63,860 bases of DNA, filler included, from Rhizaria sp. SCN 62-66 (GCA_001724265.1; 3 parts of 3 records of this genome joined end to end with filler, not necessarily neighbours in it); one strand, 5' to 3'; counted from the first letter of the whole stretch, positions 39,881 to 52,249 are shown. The notes: generated by a model not told the origin, from the letters alone. Made by a program: numbers and translations.

Positions 39881-40927
39881 TTAGTTGGCTGAGGTGAACT
39901 TCTTGGCAGCCGAGATCTCGCCCTCGGCGCCCTCGGTGGCGGCCTTGGCGTAGTCGCCGAACTTGCTCACCACGAGCGCCTTCTTCTTGTCCTCAATTGA
40001 CTTGCAGCAGACCAGCACCTCGCGCTTGAGCGAGTTGTGCAGCGTCTCGGCCTCGTCCGCCTTGCTCTGCGCCGAGTCGATCTCGACCTGGGTCGCCTTC
40101 TTGGACTCGACCGCGGACTTGAAGCTCGCCTGCTTGGCGTCGAAGTCGAGGCGCGAGTCAGAGGCCTTCTTGATCAGCTTATCCGTCGACTTGACGTCGT
40201 TCTCAAGCAGCTCCGAGACCGCATCGATGACCTGGGATTGCGGTAACAAAGCAAAGCAAAATGGTAGAAAGAGTGTGTGAGACGAAAGGGAAACGCGTTA
40301 GACACTTAACTGTACGTGCAGTGCGATCATTACGTCTTGTCTAAGAGTAAAAGCAAACTATTCAAAAAGAACCCACACAAATCCACAATACAGAGCCACA
40401 TTAGGTCGCTTTCATGACGACTGGAGCACCGAAAGAAAATCATTCCCGACGTACGTGGATCTTGAAGGCGGCGAGGCGCGTGGCCTGCGCGGTGTGGGCC
40501 TCGGCGACGAAGGTGCCGAAGGCGCGCAGCGAGGCGTGCGAGTCAGCGTCGGTGGACTGGACCTTGGCGGTGGTGGAGCCGAGCGCGAGGAATGACTCGA
40601 GCGCGGAGGCTTCGGTCTTGTGCCACTTCTTGGCGGCCTCGAGGAACTCGGTCATCTCGTTGCGCGTGGCCTTGAACTGAGCCACGGCGTCGACGTACTC
40701 CTGCGAGTCCGCAGTAGACTCGGCCTTGCCAACCTCTGCGTGGGTGGATACAATCAGTTACAACAGATACAAACGTCATGGTGAGGAATTGGGATGAGCA
40801 AGAAAGAGTGGGGCAAGCGGGAGGATACGAGAGTGCGAGCGATTGGAACAGGGAAACAAAAGCGGGGATAGAACGTACTCTCCTTGGCGAACTGCTTAAG
40901 CTTGTTGAACTTGTCGAGGAAAGACAT
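39881..40927 (-). CDS. BAR-domain protein; 3 exons
   Basis: Exons 40927-40879, 40735-40455, 40231-39881. N-terminus KLKQFAKEKVGKAESTAD, helical body, SRLDFDA motif; strong codon bias. Stop TAA. Confidence 0.78.
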
Positions 40928-41409
40928 TGTTGATTCTACGCAGTGCAGGCAAGATCATCAAAAATGAAGCGGTTTGTAAGGCATGGGATGTGAGATTTGT
41001 GAGGTAGCGGTTAATGGATACGGCAGGCACGAGGCCGCTAAGATTCTGGAGCTATACCGCATGATTCTGTGGGAAAACAAGCACTCTGAAATAAAGAGTT
41101 AGCACACCAGCACATATAAACTCAGGACAAAAACAATCTGCCTCATTTCACCCTAGGATCATCGAGATGTGGTGGCCGAATTGTGTCTTACACGTCGCCT
41201 CTCGAAGACGAGAGGCCAAGAAAAAAAATCAACAAATCATCTCTGTCAGCGGCTCGAATTCGAAGCTCGTATCGACGATATCTCGCTTAAATCAAAGACT
41301 CTGGGGATTTAATTGAACAAAACATAACCCTGCGCTATCTCATGTATTATATCTCTATTTTGTTATCGCTGACGATTATCAAAGCCCAGACAGCGCGTTC
41401 CCCGAGCCA

Positions 41410-42499
41410 ATGGACTTCATCCGCGCCGGTTCTCGCGTCGCCGCCCCGCGCCTGCTGACGGACCGCGGCGTGGCCTCCGAGACCGACCCGTACCCCTGGG
41501 AGGACGCCCTCTCAGCGCATGTGTTCAACCAGCGCCTGGATGTGTTCTACCCCGCGCCCGCGGTCCCCACGGCGTCCGCATGCGCAGCGCACGCCCCTGC
41601 CGTGTCCTCCGCCGCCGCCGCGCTCGCCGCCGCGCTCGCCGCGGACGCCTGCTTCTACGCTATCACGGCGCCCTGGCCCGCGCTGCTGTCCCCTGCCTTC
41701 CTCACCCCGCTGCGCGCGCGCTTTGCCGTGTCGTTCGCGTCCGCGCGCACCCCGCTGGACCGCGTCTCCTCAGCAGCGCTCCACCCCTCCGGCCTACTCC
41801 ACTTGGCGCTCGACCTGGATACGTTCCAGACGCTGGGACTCGAGGCCGCCGCGCCCGCCGCCAAGCGCGCGCGCACCACGCGCCTGGGCCGCCAGCGCTC
41901 GCGCCGCGCCGCCACGCGTTACGACGTCGAGGTCGACACCAGCACACCCAACCACAAGAGCTCTGCGCCCAACGCCGCTGCTGGTGCCACTGATGCTGCT
42001 GCTCTGGTGGCTACCGTCGTGTCGCCCGCGGTCAGCCGACTGCTGTGGTGCCTGGCGCCCGAACGCGTGGGCTGCCCCTCGGTGCTGTTGCTTCTCTCGC
42101 GCAAGCAGACCCCTGACAATTCCACTCTAGCGTTGAACGACGACAGCTCTAGCTCCAGCTCCAGCTCTGGCTCTGGGTCTGCAGATGCCGCCCCGCTACC
42201 CACCGCCGAGGAGCTCAGGCAGCTTTTGGCGGCTACGCTGGCGCCTGTGCCCGCCGCCGCCCCCGCGGCCCCCACCGCCGCCGCCGCCGCGCTGGCCGCC
42301 GCCGCCGCGGTCGCGAGGGCCCGCGCGACTTCTCTCGCCGCCGCGACCTCGCTGCTGGGCCCCGGACCGCTCTCTGATAGCGCCGCCGCGAACGGCAATG
42401 GCAGCAGTGGCAGTGCGTATGTGGGTGCGATTAGCGTTCGCGCAGTGCCGTTTGCCTCCGCGCTCGCAGTCACCCCTAACCATGACAACCCCACTGGCC

Positions 42500-42543
<44 letters not shown>

Positions 42544-42907
42544 GGCGGACACAGTAAGGCTGGCGAGACGGTGTTGTCATGGCTGAAGCTGGCCGAGGTT
42601 GCCGCTCCCGACACAATCCCCCTCCACGGCGTCCGCGGCGAGCCCGCAACCTACGCCACGGGTACTTACACCGGTCTAAGTACCCATAACAGTTCCAGCT
42701 CCAGCTCCAGCGCGAGCTCTAGTGAGGACTTCGTGTCGCTGGGGACGCTTTCGCGCCCGCACAACTTTGGCAGCAGCAATAACAGTAATATCAAGCATCA
42801 TCACCACACCAAGCACAAGGGCAACAGCTACAGCAACAGCAACAGCAACAGCAACTCATATCCCAGCACTAGCGCCAACGCTGCAGCGCCCGATGTCGCC
42901 GCCGCGC

Positions 42908-42951
<44 letters not shown>

Positions 42952-43766
42952 NNNNNNNNNNNNNNNNNNNNNNNNNNNNNNNNNNNNNNNNNNNNTTAAT
43001 TAATTAANNNNNNNNNNNNNNNNNNNNNNNNNNNNNNNNNNNNNNNNNNNNGTCGACGGCGCACTTGCTCGAGACCGTTATGGTTCCCGCGCACGCGTTT
43101 GCGCTCGCGCGAGAGACGTTTGCCGGCGGCGATAGACCCAGCAAAGCGCGCGAGATCGCCGACACAACTGGCTCTGCCGGCGAGCTTTCTCGTGACGAGT
43201 GCGCAGCGAGGATGGACGATAGCGAACGTGCCTGCGCTGCGCTGGTGCCCGCCTACCGCGCGCGCGTGCCCGCCGTGGCGCTGGGCGCTCTGTGGGGCCG
43301 GTGGTACGCACCGCTGCCGCGCGACATGGCCCTGCCGTGGGCGCTCCCCGCAACACAAATAGAGTCTGGAGCGAATGACACACTCAGCAGCGCGACCGCT
43401 ATGGATCAATGCACTCTGAGTGCGGTGCCGCGGCCGATGCTGTTTTCGTCGCCGCTGATTGCGGACGAGACACTGCGGCCATCAACTGGGCTCCACATCG
43501 CCCCCGGCCACCGGAATGGCGGCGCACACAGCCACGTCAATGCTAGCGTGCGTTCCACTGCATCAGGAGGTGCCACGGTAGCGACTGCGAATACAACGAG
43601 TGTGCGCGCAAATGCGAGTGCAGCGACGATGGATGCGGTCCAGCTTGAAGCTGTCGTGGTCGCGGGGAGCCATCAGATGCACGAGACGGACTCCCCCGTG
43701 GTGGCTGTACGCCTGCTGCAGTTTCTGGAGAAGCGCGCGCTGCTAGAGCAGCCGCGCTACCACTGA
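41410..43766 (+). CDS. RPP40: RNase P/MRP subunit p40 (RPP40)-like; spans an assembly gap
   Basis: Pre-gap HVFNQRLDV, LLSPAFL, AALHPSGLLHLALDLDTFQTLGL match the Rpp40 N-terminal half. Post-gap PAVALGALWGRWYAPLP and GHRNGGAH resemble the Rpp40 C-terminal PWxxLxVxGFxDSP and GFRKGGEH motifs. Stop TGA. Confidence 0.72.
42952..43051. other. Assembly gap spacer (N44-TTAATTAATTAA-N44)
   Basis: 100-nt N run with stop linker at 42996-43007, directly after a (GCC)n tract. Confidence 0.98.
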
Positions 43767-44344
43767 TCAGAGTTAGTACTGAGTAGTTGATCATCTGTAT
43801 TGCTCTTTGAGTCGAAGTAGTTACATATTAAACCAAAAATAGTAACCGAAATTACTTCATTGTGTACCACACGGCCAGCGTGTGTACCACCGGAGTCTCT
43901 CCTGAGATGCGAAATCACATTGTCCAAATGATATTTTTACATTCTCAGAACGTGATTGTGACAGTCTCGCGTTGTGATTAAAAAAGTATTTTATTCAAAT
44001 AATAGTCAATTGTGAGTACATGTATGTACTTGTAGCCTCTTAAAATAGAGCCCGAAATAAAGTTGGGATCTCTAACTCAAAACAACGATATCGAACTGCG
44101 ATCTTTCGATCTTTCGTGTTTACGTTGTTGTTGTGTGTGTGTTTTTTTGTTGTTGTTTCATGAAATATTGTGACATTACTGAATCTGAATACAGTTGATT
44201 GAGGCAAACGAAATAAAAACAAGTGCTTCTCGAATCAAAGTATCGTGAGAAGTGATTATCGTGAATAGATTTAGAACACATGATTCTTGAGAACCCATGA
44301 TTCGTGACTAGTGACGGCGCAAAGATTCACTTGTGTACAATGCT

Positions 44345-47326
44345 TTACAGCACGTCCTCGGTGACGAGCGAGAGAATGCTGTGCAGCGCGTTGCGCATGA
44401 ACTCTGCAACGTCGACTCCACGTCCTTGAGGCACGCGCTTGACAGGCTTGCGCCCCTTAGCCTCAAGGAGGTCACTGAAATACATCAACATCGGCTCCAT
44501 GAACGTGCGCTCATCATTGCCTGTACTGTGAGGATCGACAGCGATTATGTGCAACTCTGCACCCGCGGCGCGCGCTTCGTCGTCCAGCTTGTTGACAATC
44601 ATCTCTGGCGTGATACCCTTTGGATCACCACCAGGAATCGAGTCGTACGTCGAAGGGTACCCTTGACGCTGGTTGTACTGCACGCCGTGGCAGGGCATGT
44701 CGCCGATGAGAAGCACAAAGCGGCCCTTGTTAGCGCGCCACGTCAGGTTCGTCGCCTTCCACAAACCACCAAGAACATCTTCACAGTCGTCACCATTGAC
44801 GACTTTCAGGCTGTGCATAAAGGTGCTCGCATTGTTCATGTCTTCAACAAAATCGTAGGGCTGGTAATAGTCTGCGTGGCATGTGCCATACCTGTCAGTA
44901 TCGCAAGTTGTGCGCGTACAGCCAGGCTTGTGATCATTGTATGGTGCAATACCAAGGCGAATGACAGCATTGCGACCACTACGTTGCTTGATCTCTTGCG
45001 CGAGGTTATTGACAACTGTCGTCACGTGCCTACGAAGTCCGTCAATATATGGCGACATACTACCCGTGGTATCGATGGCAATGGCAATGTCAAAGCTCAT
45101 GTCACAATCGCCGCGCAGACGATCTTGTAGTGCGGCGTGACTAAGACTGGGAAGAAACTCGGGGTCTGTGGCGTTGTTGCGCCAGCGTCCGGCATCGCGA
45201 GCCATATTGTCATGCATGGCGCCTCGCACAGACGCCTGTTGCAGAATCAACGCAGGCACTGCCGCTGCAACCGCGTCGAGGTCGGGGTCTCCAGTAGGAT
45301 TGTCGATAAGCGACAGGAGATAGTCGACCAGCACACGCGGCGACACTTGCGTGGGGGACAGCACGGGAAGCGCCAAGATGCGATCTTCATCCGCATTATT
45401 CTCACGCGGCAAAGGCGCCGCCGGCATTAGGGCAAATGCCGTCATCGGCTCATCACCGAACGGCAGCAGCTGCTTCGGCGCCGTGCTGGTGCGCACATAG
45501 GGCATCCACACTTGGCCGCGCTGCGGGGACAGCCATTCTAGCACGTTTTCACGCCGGGCAATCTGTAACCGGGCAGTTAAGGACATGTCGCCGGGTTCAG
45601 GGTGCGCGATGTCGAGCCAGAGCACGAACGCGGTGTCGTCGAGGTCCAGCGTGTTTACACGTGCATTCGCAACTGAGTCGCCGTGGCAGCGCGTTAGCGC
45701 TGCAAGCGCTTCCGCGTCTGAGGGTTGCTTAAGCAGCGGGAGCAGCAGCGGCGTGAAGGCACCGCGAGCACCCGCTGTGATGTGCAGCCGTGCCGTGATC
45801 ATCTCTGCGGGCGGGAGCGGTGTCGTTGGGAGCCGTGCGATTACAGGATCAAGACAGCGACGCAGAAGCTGTAGTGCGCGGCGCTGACGCGCGCTAAGAC
45901 TGGTAACTTCCGCACCGTTCTTGGGAGAATCAAGAAGCAAGCTAAGGATAACCGTGAGAAGTTCGCTCATGACGCCTAAGAACACAAGACTCGACGGGAA
46001 AAATGGGGTGAGGTAGTGCTGGAGCCAGAGACCGAATGCGGGTGAGCTAGCAATGAGCCCCACGACTGTGTTGTAGTCGCCAGTAGCACTTGCGTTGTTA
46101 TTGGGGGGATTGAGAGAAAACTCGCGTTCAGCGAAGGTGTTCACATCAGCCGCCAGCGCATGCGCCAGCAGCAGGCCCACGGACAGCGTGCCGTGCCTCT
46201 CGTCGTCGTGGTGCGGCCCTGGCGGAGCAATCTTTGCCTCACGCGCGTCATTCCGAACGCGGGTAAAGAGCCGCTCGCAAAACTTATCATGGTAGCGATC
46301 AGTCCCAATTGCATGGGTTTTCGCGGTGAAAGTCGCGTCAGCGCGAGGACCGTCTGAGACTACAGGGTTAGCGGTTGTAGCGGGGGCAATAGAAGGCGGA
46401 AGCGCAGGCGCGTCGGCGGCGAGAAACCCAGGCGTTGTGAAAAAGACACAGAGCGCGTGGGACCACTGGCGCTCGGCATCTGATGCGGCGTAGCTGATGG
46501 CAACGGCGGGCACCGCACCGCGATCCAAGTTCATGAAAGGGGCGATGTCAAAATCACCAAATTCATCAATGCGCGTGACACTGGAAAACCATAGCAGCAG
46601 CGTAACGTACGCGGGTGAGCGTATGATGTTATAGTTCTTCCTGGTGTAGTCCACGACCATCTGCGGGGTGACCTCACTCACATCAGTCACGCCGAAAATG
46701 CCAGAAGATGACTGAGCGGCGCTGGAGTCGGCGTCGCTCTGTTCCTCGTTCGCGCCAGCACGCTTGGCTTTCTTGCCTTTTTTGTCGCTCTTCTCCTTCT
46801 TTTCCTTCTTTGCTGCCCTCTTCTCAGCGTTTTTGCGGATCGATTCAAACGCCTTCTCGCGGCGGTCGCTGTAGTCGACGCGCGCGAGCTGCACTAACGC
46901 CACGGCGAAGTCCATGGCACCCAGCGCCACGCACAGCCGCAGCGCGCGGGTAAGGGCTTCCAGGGCAACAGCACGCAGGGCGTGATAGGCCGGGAGCGCT
47001 GCGTCATCGTCGTCGGTGGGCAGCGCGATAGTCATCGGGAGGAGGACGCGAACGGCGGCAATGCGGTCAACGAGGGGCATGCGTGCGGTCTCGGGAGAAA
47101 TCGCATCTGCAGCAATGCGCCACCACTCAGACGGGTCATTTTTAGCTTCTACGATATATCTTGGCGTCAAAGTGGTGTTTAACCACGGGACAAGGTGCGT
47201 TGTCACTAGCTCTTGGACTTCCTCGACATCACAGTTCGCAGGGGATGAGACCAGTTGGGCCTCGAAAGCCTGCAGACGCACAAGAAGCTCCGCCAAATGG
47301 AGGTATGTTGACGTGCGGGGCTACAT
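44345..47326 (-). CDS. Intronless protein with C-terminal vWA domain (VwkA-type); codon 2 is TAG
   Basis: DIAIAIDTTGSM (MIDAS-like), GDDCEDVLGGL, WRANKGRFVLLIGDMPCHG. In-frame ATG at 47326-47324 is immediately followed by TAG 47323-47321. Stop TAA. Confidence 0.8.
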
Positions 47327-47855
47327 TGCTTCGTTGCTGAACACACGTTAAATCCTTGTGAATCGACTTCTATGCAGTGGGTTAGCCTTTGATAGGAAGT
47401 GGTAACGCGAGACAGTGGTGAAAATAGCAAATTACTTGTTCAATATGATGACAAAAAAATATATAATTTTTAAGAAGCAGGTTTCTATATGGGGAACAAA
47501 GCAAAAATGCATTTGGACTCTTTAAATAGCTTGTCTCATGAGTTGTTCGTAGCTGTTGGTTTGGACGAGGAGCCGAGTTCGCTGGATTCAGCTAGCAACC
47601 TGGTAGCGACACATATGACACAATATTAGACTCTTAACAAACAAAAACAACAATTACTGCGTATGAATTAGAGTGTATTATCCGGAAATTAATATATTAA
47701 TCTGACTAATGTCATTGTACACGTGCCTGAAGTCACGGATTTTCGATTTGCAACCGTGATCTGGCCCCTCGTAGGTCCGCAAAAATGTTAGACACGTAAA
47801 GTGTGTGAGTTTGCGCGAGTCATTAATGAAAAAACAAGGTAAAGTGGGAGATGCA

Positions 47856-48218
47856 CTATTTAACACACTTGACGAGTTTTGGAATACATGTAATGATGAT
47901 CTTTATATGATCGAACGACGTACTATCTTGATACGGCACATTAAGCTGAACAACCGAGGTACTCTGCCCCGCGCTACTGCTTGCCGGCTTGTTGCGCTTC
48001 GCTTGAGACTTGTCGTCCTCGTCAACATAAGGTTCGTCTTCGCCCTCGTAACCTTCGTCCTCGTCCTCCTCCTCGGAGCCACGGTTAGATGGTTGTCGCC
48101 CATAATCAGCTCCAGCAGAAGGCGTGAGAGGTGTGCGGGTGCTTGTGTTTGCGTGGGCGCTAGTGTGCGTCGTGGTGTTGGACTGAGACCCCATGGAGTC
48201 CTGCGAGGTCCTTCTCAT
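47856..48218 (-). CDS. Small acidic ORF or exon of unknown function
   Basis: Coding-like acidic tract EEEDEDEGYEGEDEPYVDEDD; consensus donor GTACGT near 47921; full model unresolved. Confidence 0.3.
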   Translation of the reverse strand: MRRTSQDSMGSQSNTTTHTSAHANTSTRTPLTPSAGADYGRQPSNRGSEEEDEDEGYEGEDEPYVDEDDKSQAKRNKPASSSAGQSTSVVQLNVPYQDSTSFDHIKIIITCIPKLVKCVK

Positions 48219-48674
48219 CTGCCTAGTTGTTGAGCAGAGGTTGGCAAAGAAAGACAGGAAGCGAACAGGATGTCCAGAAAATCACCTGTACAGGTAGATA
48301 TTTTACCTAATGCGTGTTCCTAAGAACAACAGAGACATCAATGGGAGGTGGTTGAGGCAAGCTTTTAACAGCGTCATAGTTGCCAGCATCTGTGCATCGA
48401 AACAATTAAAATTGATTACACAGAGAATACACGCAGCTAAAACTGAAAAGCAAGCTATGATAAACTATCTTTGTATTTACTATCTACACCATACATTATA
48501 AGCAAAGTTCTAACGTAACTGTCCTATCGATCATCTAAGAAGATACAGATCAAGGGAACTCACTATTAACTTACACAAACCACACTCAACCCATCCAGTT
48601 CAGTCACAGCATACCACGACTACAGCAGCCACAACACACAGCCACCACAACGCACTTACTGCACTGTAACGCGC

Positions 48675-49398
48675 TTACTCCTGGACGGGGAAGGAGAACT
48701 CGACCGCGGAGCGTGTGAGGCGGTTGTAGACGGCAGCAAAAGACTTGAGCTTGTCCTCGGTCTCCTTGGCATCCTTCTTGTCAACGAAGACCTTGAGGAG
48801 CTTAGACTGGTCCGCGCGCACGCGGGTGCGCTTGCCGACGATGGAGGAAGGGAAGACGATGTCGTCGAGGATGGCGGCGTGCACGGCAGTGAGGGTGCGC
48901 GACTGGGGGCGAGCGATGCCCTTGTACTGAGCCATCTGGGGTGATGTGAAGAAAATAGGGAGCAAGAGCAAAGCAAGTGGGAGTGAGCACAGATTATGAG
49001 AAATGTGAGCGCGGGAAGAGAATAGGAAAGCAAGACAAGTGCGGATGGGGATGTAGTGGAGATGTGGGTGAAGAGAAAGAGGCGGAGAAACGTACCTCGT
49101 TGGTCAGGATGGTGCGCTGGGCAATAAAGACGAAGTGGGTGTTGGAAAACTTCTTCTCAAGCTCGCGGGAAAGGCGGGGTTGGAGAGCCTGGAACTTCTT
49201 GTGGAGGCGGTAGGGGGTGAAGACAATAGCAGCCTTCTTGCCGCCAGCGACGTCGACCTCCTTGGCTGCGCAGAAGTGGAGGGCCTTAAGGCCCGCGAGC
49301 TCAGGGGTCTCCTGAAGCTCGGCCATCGCCTTCGCGACGGACTCCTCGAACGAGGAAACGGCCTTGCCGTTGGCCTTGATAACCTTGTTGGACGACAT
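48675..49398 (-). CDS. RPS7: 40S ribosomal protein S7 (eS7); 2 exons
   Basis: Exons 49398-49096 and 48935-48675. RELEKKFS, FIAQRTIL, RPQSRTLTAVHAAILDDIVFPSSIVGKRTR. Stop TAA. Confidence 0.97.
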
Positions 49399-50771
49399 TA
49401 AAAGGTGAGACGCTGCGCAGAGCAAAACGAAGAGGTCAAATGAGGAAAGTGAGCTTGAGCGAGAGGTACGGAGTTCTAAGACAGAAACATATGGCCAAGC
49501 TCAAGACTAAGAACATGCTTAACAGTTAACGCATCAAGTTGGATCGTGAAAGCCTCATTTAGTTCCTGAGACCCCAGCAAAGTTTGCCTGAGGATAAGTC
49601 AATGACTGCGTTGAAGACGGAGAGCGAGACATGAAATAGCGCATCAGGGATGCTCCAATATCAGACATAATAGAAGTATCACATAGAAAGGTCGCTGTTG
49701 TTTGAACGCAAATCAACTAGGCCCCACTTGAACGATTGACTGTAGCGATCTGGGGTGTTGAAGTTGTGCGTTCATGATAGCGCGGTGTTGACCATGGAGT
49801 GCCAAGTCGCTGCTCACGGTCACTTGCTTGCGACCTGCTCGATTTGGGGGAATTCTATCAGTCGATATCGCACGTCTGTCATCGTCCAACATTTTGCCTT
49901 GCAACTATATACACCTGGCTATTGATGGTCATTTTTTTTTTTATCATATCGCCTAGGGCTGTCTTGTCTGCTTTTATTCGGTATCTATTCTTCAAATGAG
50001 ACCCGTCTTTTCCCAGATTCGCCTTTGGGTGCAGTCACCCACTTAGCCGTGTCGGGAGAGACAGCTTTCGTGAAATCGAGTCTGAAACCGTACAAAACCG
50101 TACATATTTGAACGTAAAAAGCTATGGGCAACCAGTCAAACCCGTTAACACTCCATTAAGGGGCGTTATGTAGATGGTCAGGGCGTTGTGTACATAATCG
50201 ATGCAAGATAATGGCCTTCTACATGATGGATGAGCTATAAAATTGCAATTTTACGATTGAATCCGCTTGCTCATTTGCATACATGATAACGGACATTTCC
50301 GTTATCGTGCGGTTGTGTTGTGGGGCCTTTTCCTGTTGCTGCCCGGTGTGTTGGTCGTTCAAATATGTATGTTTTTGCTCGGTTAGAGAGTCCATCCAGA
50401 AGCTCTTGATGAGCGTTGCGCGAGTCGTCCGTGTGCAATAGTGCTTGCAAGCATAGTTGTTGTTGTCCTGCACCGAAGCTCTCGTGGGAACCTACGCCCT
50501 AAAATGGAGTAATCCTTTTAGTCCAAGGGTGCATGATTTGACCACGATCAGCTAGCGACGGTTGGAGGCGAGCGCCTACGGCTGTCAAACATCGTCAAAT
50601 AGTTATTCTTCTGCATAAATGTAAATATTGTTCTTGTTCTATTGATCTGCCTTTTTCTCATCGCGAAAATTTACTTTCACTGCAAACTCCGCACCACCGG
50701 GCTCGACCCAGCATCACGCCCTCCATCGACTTCTTCACTTGCGCCTCTTCAGCCGCCCACACCCTGGCCCC

Positions 50772-52249
50772 ATGCAGCTGGCGACCCGCGACGCGGACCG
50801 CTCCTGGGTGGACCGTTTCCACGCCCGCCTCACAGTCGCCGAGAACACTTTCTTGCTCGGCAACTTTGCCTCGGCGTTTTCGCAGGCCGACGCGATCCTC
50901 GGCCAGTACCTATTGCTGTGCCCTGGCCAAAACAAGACCCTGGACACGGACGTGCGCCCGCTGCCGCCCGGCGACCCTGCGTACGCATGTCTGGTGCTTG
51001 CTGCGGAGAGCCTGCACGAGCAGGGCCTCGCGTCGCAGCTCGACGCGTTTTTGCGCAAGTATTTCACGTCTCTGTCTAAGATGCCGCTGGAACTGTACCA
51101 GCTCTGGGCCACTGTACATAGTGTCGCCGGCAACAGCGCGCACGTCGCTGAGACCACGGAGAAGCTTATTAGGGCCGTGCAGCACCGGCTGCAGCCTGAC
51201 GCCTATCAAGGTACGGGCTAGAACTGCCCTCGAAACAAACGAGCGATCGCTAGTCTTTATCCCCACTTCTCTCTAAAATTCGTACTACATAACACTGTAT
51301 AAATGAGTTATGAGATCGTGTCTTGTTAAAATGCTGCGTGTTGTTCTATTATATTTATATCTCACTTTAACTATGCTTCGTCTCTCTCTTGGCTGTTATA
51401 TACCGCATTTATGTAGCGTACATCGAAATCCTCCTCTTCCGCGGCCTCGTACCCTTAGGCCGCTTCGCCGACGCGCGCGACCTCGCGGGGCTCAACAAAA
51501 AGCTCTCGCCAGAGGCGCGTGCGCTGCTGAGTCAGCACGTCGAAGCCGCTGCCGCCGCAGCCGACGCCAAAGCATCCGCCGCCGCTGCCGCTGCCGCTGC
51601 CGCTGCTACTGCTACTGCTGCGAATGCGAATGCGAGTGTGACTGGGACTGGGACTGGTAGCCACGACTCTCTCATTGGTCCGACATTGCCTTCTGGTGCA
51701 CATACACAGCTGCACCAAGCCACAGCAACCTCGAGCTTGACCTCGAGCTCTAGTGCGAGTGCGAATGCCGGGGGTTCAGACAAGCCCTCGCAGCAGCAAC
51801 AGCAGTCGACTGTTACAACCGCCGGCTCTGGCAGCAGCTCTGACAAGCAATGGTACGTCGAGGCTCCGTTCAGCGATGCCGCAGCTCATGCGGCGTGGCT
51901 TGGCACTTACACGCCGCATCCGGACCACCCGGCGTACTTACAATCGAAGTTAGGCCGTCTCGCACTGCTCTGTCTTCGCCTCAGCAGGCGCATTTGCGCG
52001 GTATATCACGCGCTAATCGCCACCGTCACGGATTCGGCGCAGCGGCCACAGCTCATCGCCGCGCTACACACGCTGCTGCGGTTATTTGTGGCGGCTTACA
52101 TTCTTTACATCACGTACACGCGGTTCCTGCGCGCGCCCCTACAGAGGGCCCTGCTCACGGTCACCTCGCTGCCCTGGCTCCGCGACGGCGCGACGGCGCT
52201 CGCCAACGCCGCAAAGATGGCATTTTCATTTGGAGTCGGGAGTGGTTGA
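50772..52249 (+). CDS. Tail-anchored helical membrane protein, PEX26/APEM9-like; 2 exons
   Basis: Exons 50772-51210 and 51417-52249. ACLVLAAESLHE, YFTSLSKMPLELYQLW, YIEILLFRGLVPLGRFADA and a C-terminal TM segment resemble PEX26 architecture. Stop TGA. Confidence 0.58.

Noticed and set aside
43052-43766. Post-gap ORF as a separate alpha/beta-hydrolase C-terminus (GSHQMHETDSP)
   Set aside because: Better explained as the RPP40 C-terminal half, given the WGxxxAP and GxRxGGxH motifs on the same strand.
49500-49700. Possible box C/D snoRNA upstream of RPS7 (two CTGA on the minus strand)
   Set aside because: No convincing box C, terminal stem or recognisable rRNA complementarity.
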